Assembly (NCBI RefSeq): GCF_006345805.1
Contig: NC_043006.1
Span: forward strand, 56,792,001-56,856,000
DNA length: 64,000 bases
Source: Octopus sinensis
Taxonomy: Eukaryota
Reading direction: 5' to 3'
Made by a program: the position numbers and the translations under genes. This document shows positions 12,146-23,904 of the stretch, one piece after another (the first letter of the stretch is position 1; the number at the start of each line of letters is the position of its first letter). The notes below the pieces were generated by a model that saw nothing but the letters and a program-made list of their open reading frames with translations, ran no database searches and was not told the origin of the DNA.

Positions 12146-13054
12146 CTCTTTGGGTGTTTTGAGTTTTTGTATATGAGTTTCGGTTTGCGGAATGCTACCA
12201 GCACTTTCCAGCGTTTCATTGATGAGGTTGTCCGCGGTCTTGATTTTGTGTTTGCCTATGTCGATGATATACTCATTGCGAGCGACACACGTGAAAATCA
12301 TCTCCAGCACCTTTCTCAGCGTCTTCGCGCTTATAGTATACGTATAAATCCCGACAAGTGTGTTTTCAGACGCTCTCCTCTAGATTTTCTAGGCCATCAT
12401 AATGATTCGAGTGGAATCAGCCCCCTGTCGTCAAAGGTCGATGTCATTCAACGCATCGCACCCCGCACTTCCTTGCGCCAGCTCAGGCATTATCTAGGGA
12501 TGATCAATTTCTACAGACGTTTTATTCCCGGTTGTGCAGATAAGCTACTTCCTCTCACCAGGCTATTAAAGGACACTCCTAGAAAGGACGGTCAAGTCAC
12601 CCTCTCTGTTGAGGCACTGACAGCCTTTGAGTCCATTAAGAAGGAGCTGGCTTCTGTTTCTTTGCTTGCACATCCGGTTCCTGGTGCTTCTCTCTCTTTG
12701 ACTGTAGACGCATCGGACACTGCGATTGGTGCTGTGCTACAACACACAGTGGATGATCATATTCGACCTCTGGCTTTCTTTTCCCGCCAACTGCACCCAG
12801 CTGAACGACGATACAGCACCTTTGATCGTGAGCTCCTAACGATCTATCTATCGGTTCGTCAGTTCCAGCATCAACTTGAAGGGCGAGATTTTGTGATCTA
12901 TACGGATCACAAGCCCCTTACGTTTGCCCTGTGTCCAAAAACGGACAAACTCTCGCCTCGTGCTTTCCGGCACCTGGATTTTATCTCTCAATTCACTTGT
13001 AACATTCGACACATACCTGGAAAAGAGAACGTTCCTGCTGACGCTCTCTCTCTC
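12146..13054 (+). pseudogene. RT (C-terminal half) and RNase H of pol
   Basis: [57 protein letters not shown]; N-terminal RT motifs are missing. Confidence 0.9.
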
Positions 13055-14427
13055 GCCTTCCAGTCTGCGCCCTTTCGTCTCCTGCTGCTATCGACTTAAC
13101 TGCCATCTCGCAGGAGCAGCCACCTTTGGCGTCGTTAGACTTAACTTCTCCCAAGTTCTCCTGTTGCCAGTTTTCCTACCTTCCGCTTCCGTCAGCCGAA
13201 GGCACCATTCTTTGTGATACTTCCACTGGTTCTCCCAGGCCACTCGTGCCTGAGAATCATCAACGCTCAGTGTTTGAAGCACTGCACTCCTTATTACATC
13301 CTGGCATCGCTGCCACCCTTAAGCTGATCACTGCTCGGTTTTTCTGGCCGAATATGCGTCGCACTATTACTTCTTGGACACGCACCTGCTCCAAGTGTCA
13401 ACGGCACGTTCGTGCCCCGCTTGGACATTTTCCCCCTACGGAGGCCCGTTTTCGCCATGTCCACATCGATCTGGTTGGACCATGGCCTGTGAGTCGCGGG
13501 TTTTCTTATCTGTTAACTTGTGTCGATCGTTTCTCCCGCTGGCCAGAAGCCATTCCGATAGCAGACATTTCTGCTGAGACTGTTGCGCGAGCCTTCGCTT
13601 CAAACTGGATTTCCCGTTTCGGAGTTCCGTCCAGATTGACCAATGATCGTGGACGTCAGTTTGAAGCTTCGCTATTTCGCGAATTGTCGCGCATTTTAGG
13701 TGTGCATCATATCCACACTACCAGCTATCATCCAGCGTCTAATGGATTAGTTGAACGGTTCCATAGACAGCTCAAGGCCGCTCTTCGTGCCTCTTCAGAT
13801 CCACAGTCCTGGATTGAATTTCTGCCAATTGTGCTTCTCGGTTGTCGGACTGCTGTCAAGGCAGACCTGGGGTTTTCTTCTGCAGAGCTTCTGTATGGTA
13901 CCACACTGGCATTGCCTGGTATGATGTTGGTGCCAGACACTTCCCAGCCCCATGATCCGGCGACCTATGTCGCCAGACTGCGTTCATATTTCTCGAATCT
14001 TCCACCCATGGTTCCCAGGAAACAATCTCCACCATCCCATCTCCCACCGGATATGGACACTTGGTCGCATGTTTTTGTTCGGGACGACTCTGTCAAGGGG
14101 CCACTTGTTTCTCCCTATAAAGGACCTTTCCGTGTGCTTTCTCGCACACCTAAGGTTTTCACAATTGAAATAAATGGTCATTCGGAGACCGTTTCCGTGG
14201 ACCGATTAAAGAAAGCATACTTTGAGACGTCATCTTTTGATGACAACCTTGCCACACCCACCTATGCACCTTTAACAACACCTTCACCTGCACAGACACC
14301 TTTGCCTTCACCGGCTCCTACAACACCATCTTCGCCGTCAACGGGTGCCCCGAGCACACCGTATATTACAAGATCGGGCAGAACAGTGCATTGGCCCAAG
14401 AAGCTTTCAAAGACAATTTATATTTAA
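13055..14427 (+). CDS. Integrase domain of pol (HHCC, DDE, GPF/Y)
   Basis: LHSLLHPG...[34 protein letters not shown]. Out of frame with RT/RH because of an extra CT in the (CT)n run at 13044-13054. Confidence 0.9.
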
Positions 14428-14548
14428 CTTTCTTTCAAATTTCTTGTTTTTGTATGATATTATGTACCAAATCTTCTGGGGGATCGGCAAACCATCTGTT
14501 TTTCTGCAGCACCACTACAAATTTTCTTGTTTTCGTACTTCCGCACTC

Positions 14549-14560
14549 GAGGGGGAGCCA
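14549..14560 (+). promoter_or_regulatory. Polypurine tract
   Basis: GAGGGGGAGCCA immediately before the 3' LTR. Confidence 0.85.
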
Positions 14561-14971
14561 TGTAGTGATGTTACTGTGTAAGGTTCAGCGCGCATGCGCA
14601 GAATGGGACTACTTCCGGGTGGCCACCGGAAGTCTTCCCCATGCGCATGTGCGGGAAACTGACCCCTAAGGCCCAGTAAACTCGATCACTCTCTCTGGCC
14701 ATTTCAGCCCTCGGGAACAGACGGTAGTCTCTGATAACTATACCGACTTAGCCGCGGACGACATCGAATCACTTCAACCAACCAACAAGAAGCTGTACAA
14801 CAGATTCGGCTGTCGTTTTCCCTTCAGAAATTCGTACACCATCACGAATAATAAACAACACTGCTGTCTTTCCCAGATAACCTGACTTCGTCTGTTATAT
14901 CTAACTAAATTGAATGTAACAGGATCGGATCGAACACCCCTTCAGTGATACCGATTCCAGATCCTGTTACA
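14561..14971 (+). repeat. 3' LTR (411 bp)
   Basis: Copy of 10292-10710 with an 8-bp deletion. Confidence 0.95.
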
Positions 14972-15075
14972 CATCAATATCCAGATCAAATGAAAGGGAA
15001 TCATGGGAAAATGGCATAATACTTGACTAAATCAAAAAATTCAACATAAAATATTCTCTATAACTTCTTCATGAT

Positions 15076-15533
15076 CAGCTGGAGTGGCTCTCTCAAGAAT
15101 TCTGGTTTAAGCACCCCCACCTCAATGCTTTTTTAATTTTTTGGAATTTTCAAAATACACGAGGATTCATATAACTATGAAAAAATTTTTATGATTTTTC
15201 GAATTTCTTATTTTTTAATTACAAAATGTTGAATTAAATCCCGGCAATAGACCATTAAGCGTGTTTATAGAGAGAAGCATATTTAAAAACATCAATAAGT
15301 CAAAGTCACAAAGAAATAAGGAGGGTATCAGGTGGTCGTGAGATGTGCTAAAAATAACAGCTAACTAGCCCTTAAATCAGATACAAAAAAAACTCTTTTT
15401 TCGTTTTTTGTTTTTTCATAGTCGTATGAGTTCCCATGTATAAAATACGAATTCGCAAAAATTTTCTGAAAATTCCAAAAACTAGAAAAACTTATGAGAT
15501 GTTATATGGGGTACTTAAAGCAGCATTCCACCT
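15076..15533. mobile_element. MITE-like element with long imperfect inverted repeats
   Basis: TTTAAGCACCCCCA...TTTTTGGAATTTTCA...ATAACTATGAAAAA on the left is mirrored by TTTTTCATAGTCGTAT...TGAAAATTCCAAAAA...TGGGGTACTTAAA on the right. Confidence 0.55.
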
Positions 15534-16371
15534 GGCTCTCTTCCTGATACATTTGTGCACTATAAAATTATTGAAATTAGTCATTACTCATTTTGGCCCA
15601 GTATAGAATCAGTTTTTGAAAGTTGAAAAATTATCAAATTAGACATTAGTGTTGAAATAAATTGACCTGGAATCCAACAGAGAAAAGAATTTGGATCGTT
15701 TAAACATCAAAAATTATCTAGATATTTTATTAGCAACCTCAATTACAATTGGGTCAAAGATGAGGAAAATTTTCTTGAAAAGAAGTACTTATTACCTGTT
15801 TCAAACTGTCGCAACTGCAACAACTGTGGTGGGCAATTTTTACTTCCACAGATGATGCAAGAGTACAACATAGTGATGCAATACTTGCAATGTAATGGTT
15901 TCAAACAGGTATTGAGAAAATAATGAGATATTAATCATTACTCATTTTGCCCTAGTTACCCATTATACCCCACTCCCCTGTAGTTATTTCAAGTATTTGA
16001 CAAAAATATTGAAAAAAGAAAGAAAAAGATTCGGTTTAATGAAAACATGTGAACGTAAGAACAATAATTCTAAAGCTGGAAAAAAATGCTTTGAACTGTT
16101 GTGATGTATAATTATATTATTAAAACTAAGTTCAAAATTTAATTTTTGGAACATATTACTTGCTCTTTTGTAAAATAGACAGTTTTCAATGCCTCACTGA
16201 AATAATGAAATTTATAATGGCAATATGTGCATGCGTATTTGTGTGCATGTGTGTGTGTGTGTGTGTGTGTGTATTTAATGCATTGCAAATAATCTGATGC
16301 ATTGAAAGTAATCTGAACTAGAGACAATAACTTCTTTCTATTAATCTCTTTATCTATCTTTATATGTACCC

Positions 16372-16419
<48 letters not shown>

Positions 16420-16439
16420 TTTCACACACTCACACATAA

Positions 16440-16832
16440 ACACTTGTTCTTGTTGGCACTTCGTCGCTTACGACGACGAGGGTTCTAGTTGATCCGATCA
16501 ACGGAACAGCCTGCTCGTGAAATTAACGTGCAAGTGGCTGAGCACTCCACAGGCACGTGTACCCTTAACGTAGTTCTCGGGGATATTCAGCGTGGCACAG
16601 AGTGTGACAAGGCTGGCTCTTTGAATTACAGGCACAACAGAAACAGAAAGAAAGTGTGACAGAAAGTTGTGGTGAAAGAGTACAGCAGGGTTCGCTTCCA
16701 TCACCTGCCGGAGCCTCGCGGAGCTTTTAGATGTTTTCGCTTAATAAACACTCACAATGCCCGGTCTGGGAATCGAAACCGCGATCCTATGACCGCGAGT
16801 CCGCTGCTCTAACCACTGGGCCATGGCGCCTT
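16440..16832 (-). mobile_element. tRNA-derived SINE (family D)
   Basis: Minus head GGCGCCATGGCCCAGTGGTTAGAGCAGCGG...GGTTTCGATTCCCAG with A- and B-box-like motifs; ~390 bp body. Confidence 0.7.
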
Positions 16833-18188
16833 CACACATATAAACACACACACACAAGCATTCACAGATATATGTATCCATTTTTATCTGTTAATGTCCG
16901 AAAAGGAACTACAATTAATTCCCATGGGAATTGTGACTGGTTTAGGAATAGGGAATAGGGTAGGTAGCAAAGTGGGTTTGTTTTTAGTCTAAGTAGTAGC
17001 AGTAGTAATAATGGCAGCTTCTGTAAAAGTTACAGTAGGTCTGGGGGTTGCTGCAGGGCTGGATTTACAGGGGTGGGGGTGAAGAAAGCAATAGATATTG
17101 GACCCTCCAGCTATGAAGCGTATGTGGCACTCAATACAAGTGGGCACCTCTCGGTAATCTTGTATGCAGAGGAGGCTCTCTTTCAATACAAAAAACATAT
17201 CTAAAAAAGTGTAATGGATCTTCGTTTTTGATAAATAACCATAGTTTTAACTACATTAGTGACACAGTGCATGAGAGTGTATATGTATATGTATATGTGC
17301 GGATGTGCGCGTGTATGTGTGTGTGTACAAATGTTGGTATAGTTTTTCCCATGCCTACGCTGGTGTAGTAGAAATCTAACGCACTCAATAAACCAACCAT
17401 AAGAAAGACAATGGTAATTTAAATTCAAATCCACAAGCCAATCATATTTTAGCGCTAGATCCGTAACCATTTCTGAAAGTAATAGTGTATTTATGTCACA
17501 AGGAAAATTATAAACTTGAACTCGGACTTACATATGTGCACCTGTGGATCTTAATGTAATGGAATCTATGTATTGTTTTTCTAGTATTAGCGTTATTAAT
17601 AATAATGTGAATGATGATATTGGTAGCATTAGTGGTAATGACAATGATAATGATGCTAACATTAATGACATTTTGGAAATTAATAAGAATTAATATAATG
17701 TACTCTTGACTCTATATATCTGCATTTAGGTATTAATATGTGTATGTTTTTCTACATTGTAATTATCACAATATTAAGTTGAAAAACTGTAACATTGAAT
17801 GTGTCTGCAAACATTCGCATATACTTATATACACATTCAAATATGCATTTGCGTACTCATACGTATTAGAAAAACATATACATATATATCCAACCATGAA
17901 TATACATATCCATACAATAATATACATACACATGTATATACATATGAATACATTTCGACATATCCACATATATTTACTAAATTACAAAATATATGTCTGT
18001 CATCGAGTGGCGTATAGATAAACCAGCGCAGGCAGGGAAAGCTATAGCAGCGTTTATACACTCACACACATACTCACACGCACATCCGCACATATCTATA
18101 AACATTAATACACTCTCATATACTGTGTCTGCAGACATTCGCATATACGTATTTAAATATATATATACGCACTCATACGTATAAGAAA

Positions 18189-18227
<39 letters not shown>

Positions 18228-19422
18228 ACCCATGAATACACATATACATACAAAAACATACATACACATACATATACATATGGACACATTTCGACCCATA
18301 AACATTAATACATTCTCATGTACTGTGTCTGCAAATATTCGCACACACACACACATATATATATTTATATATACAACGAGCTTCTTTCAGTTTCCGTCTG
18401 CCAAATCCACTCACAAGACTTTGGTCGGTCCGAGGCTATAGTAGAAGACACTTGCCCAAGGTGCCACGCAGTGGGACTGAACCCGAAACCATGTGTTTGG
18501 TAAGCAAGCTACTTATCACAGAGCCGCTCCTAATAACTTTTCAATTACGGACTTATAGGGAAAATTAATTTCATTTTCATAATTAGTATACAAAACTTAA
18601 TCCATATACCAAATTTGAAAACAATTCGAACAAAATTGTAAACTGTGCCGAAAACCACAAAGACCGTAAGTATCAGCCTTAAAAAAAGTATTGGGGTCTA
18701 TTCATTCAACTAAAAATTCAAGGCGGCACCCCAGCATGGCTGCAGTCTAATGACTGAAACAAGTAAAAGATAAAAGATCTATGCACCCTTTTAGGAAAAC
18801 CCGATGAAGGTATGATTTACCCCAAACATTCGGTGTTAATAATCATTAAATTCGTAGCCCGAATAATTACAGAAGTCTCTGAGTTATCTTCCTTCCAGCT
18901 GCAATATCTTCAGCAGGGCACTCTCCTACTACAATGATGTTGTAGTTAAGATCATCATCTATGAAAAATTAGTCTATACAGATAAGGCCCTATCCACCAC
19001 ACAAACAATTTTCTTCTTCTTAGAAACAGAAAGTGTAAAAAGAAATTTATCGGGATTAATTCGCTACACAGACGAATATAATCAAAAGTTTCTGAACTTT
19101 AAATAGAGTCAATTCCTCACGCACATACAGATATCTTCTATCTTTTATCCTTTACTTGTTTCAGTGATTAGAGTTGGCCAAGCAGGGGCACCGCATTGAA
19201 GGATTTTTAGTCGAATGAATCAGCCCCTGTATTTTTTTCTTTTTAAAGCCTGATACTAATTCTATTGTGCTCTGTTGACGAACCGCTAAGTTGCGCGGAG
19301 CCAAACACACCAACAACATTTGTTAAGCGGCGGTGAGTGACAACATCAGACACAAACACACACACTCACACTGGTGCGAAATTAATAGTCACTCTATGAC
19401 CGACTATAACTTTTATCTTCCT

Positions 19423-19562
19423 AATCTAAGGCTACAGGACAGTGTCTGTTTAGAATGGGTAGACATAGTGAGTTGGCAGTTTATAGTTGGGTATGGTCAT
19501 AAATATTACCAACTCACTCTTTCTATCTATTCTAAACAGACACTGTCCTCTAGCCTTAGATT
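19423..19562. mobile_element. Hairpin MITE-like element (~60-bp arms)
   Basis: AATCTAAGGCTACAGGACAGTGTCTGTTTAGAAT...AGTGAGTTGG pairs with CCAACTCACT...ATTCTAAACAGACACTGTCCTCTAGCCTTAGATT. Confidence 0.65.
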
Positions 19563-19977
19563 CAGTAGTTGATAAATAAAGACTAATAAATTAAAAATAA
19601 ACCATAATCCTTTAAAATCTATGACCCTAACAAACTTCATACAGTTCTTAGAAAGTGTAGTATATTCTGAGTCACATTAGTAACAACATGGACTTTCTCC
19701 CTCTTCTTGCTCTATTAGAGAATTTGAGTATTATTATATTAGTGTGTCGAACTGATTAAAAAATTCTATTTATGCAGCTGTGGATAGCCCTGCATTTAAA
19801 TTGATGTAATGATTGCATTGTTCAATTAAATAGAGCCGCTTGAAACGGTCGTACTACATCACCTCTTGATATCCTGTTGCTTATTTCGATTTTATTCACC
19901 TTACTTTGAGTTGTAAGGATAATGCTACACTAACTTGGTGCTTCAACTTACGTACCTAATTCAAATGAATCTCAATT

Positions 19978-20023
<46 letters not shown>

Positions 20024-20491
20024 CTTACTTGGAAAAAGACAGAACAAAGAGAATAACACAGTAAAAACAAACGATGAGGGCTGTCCCCTTCACTGTTCCT
20101 TCTCTCTTACTCCTCCTCCTCCTCGACTCTCGTCACTGACACATTACCAGAGGGAAGCCATCTTTCCGACTGCTATCTTCACCAAGATAAGACTGCTAAT
20201 CCTGTCTCTCTCATAATAAGCTGTCTCCTCAAGCGTTCAAAATAATTTTTCCATCGTCTCGGCTTAACGACCCCCATCGTTTGTTTTTACTGTGTTATTC
20301 TCTTTGTTCTGTCTTTTACTGTTTTTACTTTTATTGTCTTTTTACTGTCTTGTTTTGTTCTTACTGTCCTGTTCCTGTTACCACTTTTACCCCTCCGCAA
20401 AAAATCCCAAATTTTATTTAATTTGCTTTGCGGAAAGGATTGTTTCAACGAAGTCGTGTCTTGTCCTTACCTTCGGAAACGCGGAGTAGAC

Positions 20492-20959
20492 GAAACAGGG
20501 ACAACTGAAGAAGGGGAATATTCCTTGTGTTGTATGTCTAGTACTCTGTTCTTTCGTTGTTTGAAAAATAGTTCGTTTCCATGTTTTTGTTTTTATGTTT
20601 TCTTTTTACGTTTTTTTGATGTCCTGTACCCATATATGCATGTATATATACATATAGATGTAGGTATGTACATATATGTATGTATATATGCATATATTTA
20701 TAAATTATTTTATTATTATACATATACGCATTGAGTCGAAACAGGGGCAGCTGAAGAAGGGGAATGTTCCTTGTGTTGTTTGTCTTGTACTCTGTTTTTT
20801 CGTTGTTAAAAAAGTCCGTTTCCTTGTTTGGTTTTGTGTTTTCGTTTCTCGTTGTGTTCTATGTTTATTTGTGGTGTCCTGTACTCATATATGCATGTAT
20901 ATATACATATATATGTAGGTATGTACATGTATGTATGTATGCATATGTTTTATTTATTA

Positions 20960-20985
<26 letters not shown>
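20492..20985 (+). repeat. Two tandem ~246-bp units (third copy at ~48654-48900), probable PLE terminal-repeat family
   Basis: GAAACAGGG recurs at 20492 and 20738; shared CTGA(A/T)GA(A/T)GGGGAAT(A/G)TTC and TA-rich tail in all three copies. Confidence 0.75.
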
Positions 20986-20999
<14 letters not shown>

Positions 21000-21012
21000 G
21001 TGTATATATATA

Positions 21013-21419
21013 TTCTTTTATTCGTTAATTCCTTTACTTGTTTCAGTCATTTGACTGCGGCCATGCTGGAGCACCACCTTTAGTCGAGCAAATCGACCCC
21101 AGGACTTATTCTTTGTAAGCCTTGTACTTATTCTATCGGCCTCTTTTGCCGAATCGCTAAGTTACGGAGACGTAAACACACCACCATCAGTTGTCAAGCC
21201 ATTTTGGGAGGGGACAAACACAGTCACATAAGCATATACATACACACACAATATACATATATACGACGGGCTTCTTTCAGTTTCCGTCTACCAAATGCAC
21301 TCACAAGGCTTTGGTCGGCCCGAGGCTATAGTAGAAGACACTTGCCCACGCAGTGGGAATGAACCCGGAACCATGTAGTTGGTAAGCAAGCTGCTTACCA
21401 CACAGCCACTCCTACGCCT
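21013..21419 (-). mobile_element. tRNA-derived SINE (family A)
   Basis: Same head and tail as 6950-7365. Confidence 0.85.
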
Positions 21420-21444
21420 ATATATATTATATATATATATATAT

Positions 21445-22062
21445 ATATAATTTCTACAATATAAAGAAATGGCCCTGGTAGGCCATTCGTCTCACCAGAA
21501 AGAGCAGCCATACTCAAACCGCTAAATAGTAGTAATTCAGAAATCAAAGGAAAATCAAAAACATTTACCTTAATCATCCTGGGACAATGCATTGTTTCGA
21601 CGTACTTTATGGCAAACCAGCCTAATTAAATTTAATTTAATCTAATCAAGTCAATCTACCACTGGCTCGTCTCATCGGCAAGGAAGCCAGGAGGAATAAA
21701 TATTCCACGAGGCAGCCTCAACGATGCCTCGGGAATATATACTCTAACTTTTCAAAATCTACCGTAATCGCGCCAACTTGTCAGCGGCAAATATAAACTG
21801 CTGATTTAATTTCAGAATTAGTCAAAAAATCATTAATTAATCAATATAAGGGTAGCAAAAAATTCAATAGAAATTTTTTTCGCCACCAGCGGTCCAATGA
21901 GAAAGAGAAAATAGTCACAGACTATATATATATAATTTCAACAATATAAAGGAATGGCCCTGGTAGGCCATTCGTCTCACCGGAAAGAGCAGCCATACTC
22001 AAACCGCTAAATAGTAGTAATTCAGAAAACAAAGGAAAATCAAAAACATTTACCGTAATCAT
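21445..22062 (-). mobile_element. 485-bp-period partial tandem element carrying a hammerhead ribozyme, embedded in (TA)n
   Basis: ~21448-21577 is repeated at ~21933-22062 (GGCCC at 21471 and 21956); (TA)n at both ends and at the unit junction. Confidence 0.75.
21577..21684 (-). ncRNA. Type I hammerhead ribozyme candidate (U4C core)
   Basis: Minus: TCCTTG-CCGATGA-GACG[long loop]CGTC-GAA-ACAATGCATTGT-C^-CCAGGA. Stems I (5 of 6 pairs), II (4 bp) and III (12-nt palindrome) and a GUC triplet are all present. Confidence 0.7.
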
Positions 22063-22137
22063 ATATATATATGTAGGTCCCGGGTTGATTCGGGGTTAAC
22101 CACAGTAAATAAGGTACTCAATACATAGCAGAGTAAA

Positions 22138-22386
<249 letters not shown>

Positions 22387-22818
22387 TGTATGTATGTATG
22401 TATGTATGTATGTATATACACGATGGGCTAACATAGTAGTGATAATGATGATGGTGGTATTCGGACTCGTATTGCTAGTGTTAGTGATGTGCGACCGCCG
22501 AGGTCGACTTTGCCTTTCATCCTTTCGGGGTCGATAAATAAAGTACCAGTTACGCGCTGGAGTCGATATAATCGACTTAATCCGTGTGTCTGTCCTTGTT
22601 TGTCTCCTCTGTGTTTAGCCCCTTGTGGGTAGTAAAGAACGAGATGTGAATGGTAACAACGGCCACACAATCAAAGCTTTGCCAACAATGTTAATAGTGG
22701 TATTAATGGTGAATAACAGAGAGAAGAAAAAAAAGAGGAAAGAGGAAGACGCAGCAATACCAGCCAGACTGAAACGTATTTGAATGTCTGTAGGATGGGG
22801 TGGAGGAGAAGACAGAGC

Positions 22819-22857
<39 letters not shown>

Positions 22858-23689
22858 TGTGTGTGTATGTGTGCGAGAGAGAGGATGAGTGTGTGGTGGG
22901 GGTGAGTAACGAGAATATATTTAATAGGAGTACAATTTTAAGAAACGATATACCTGAATGATATTTCTCCATGAATTGGGCCAGTTTCTTATTCATATTT
23001 CTTATTCACGCGAAATTTATTGTTCTAGATTAAAATATTCCAATAGCATTTCTCGGTTGACCTTGACATTTTTCAATAGCTTATGGAGTTTTGTTCCGTT
23101 ACTGTTAACTTCATATTTTACTGCCATCAACATGCCCTTGCTTTTCTTCGCCTCTCTCTCTCTCTCCTGTGCTTATCCATTTTAACATCATTATTGTCAT
23201 TGTGCTACCGAGGTCGGCTTTGCCTTTCATCCTTTCGGGGGAAGATAAAATAAGTGCTAGTTGAACACTGGGGCCTTTAGCCCTGAGCTCCATAGCCACT
23301 GATGAGTGTGTTTCTAGTCTACATTAGCTTGTTTGCTACGGGCCACAAAGTTGACATGCAGAGGTTTTGTCCCCACCCATCAGCCAATTGTTCAAACGCA
23401 TTTTGCTTTGCTATTTATTTCACCTTCTTTGCAACTACTGTTGCCTCACTTGAACCATGCTGTTCAACCTAGGTATTATTCATAAACTCACTTGAAATTT
23501 TTTTGCTCTCCTTTATTATTATACACCAAGCACATGCATCACAACCATATGTGCGGACATAGTGATCTCATATCAAAATAAACAGCGCATGACCTTGCAG
23601 GTGGGGCCCAGTTAGAATTTTCTTCAGGTTGAGTAGCCCATGCCGCTGAAAAGGTCCCTGAATAAGGGTTTATTATTATTATTATTATT

Positions 23690-23838
23690 CAGTAGTTTTA
23701 TTTTTATAGCGTGCTTTCACTTCACTACCGAGCACAGCTCTGTGTGCCTTGGGTATGTGCTGTGATTTGTTGTGATGCTCTGATGGTTATTGTATGGAAA
23801 GTGCTCTGATGGTTATTGTATGGAAAGTGTTCTGGAAA

Positions 23839-23840
<2 letters not shown>
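23690..23840 (-). mobile_element. 3' end of R4/Dong-like LINE abutting (TAA)n
   Basis: Near-identical to 28241-28345; the tail runs into a TAA array. Confidence 0.7.
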
Positions 23841-23881
<41 letters not shown>

Positions 23882-23904
23882 TATTATTATTATTATTATT
23901 ATTA

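Larger units (their letters stand above)
10292..14971 (+). mobile_element. Ty3/gypsy LTR retrotransposon (CsRn1/Kabuki-like), internally deleted
   Basis: Two near-identical LTRs (TGTAG...GTTACA), 4-bp TSD CATC (10288-10291 and 14972-14975), PBS, polypurine tract, gene order gag-PR-RT-RH-IN. A tRNA-Trp PBS with a 4-bp TSD is what I recall for the CsRn1 clade. Confidence 0.95.
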
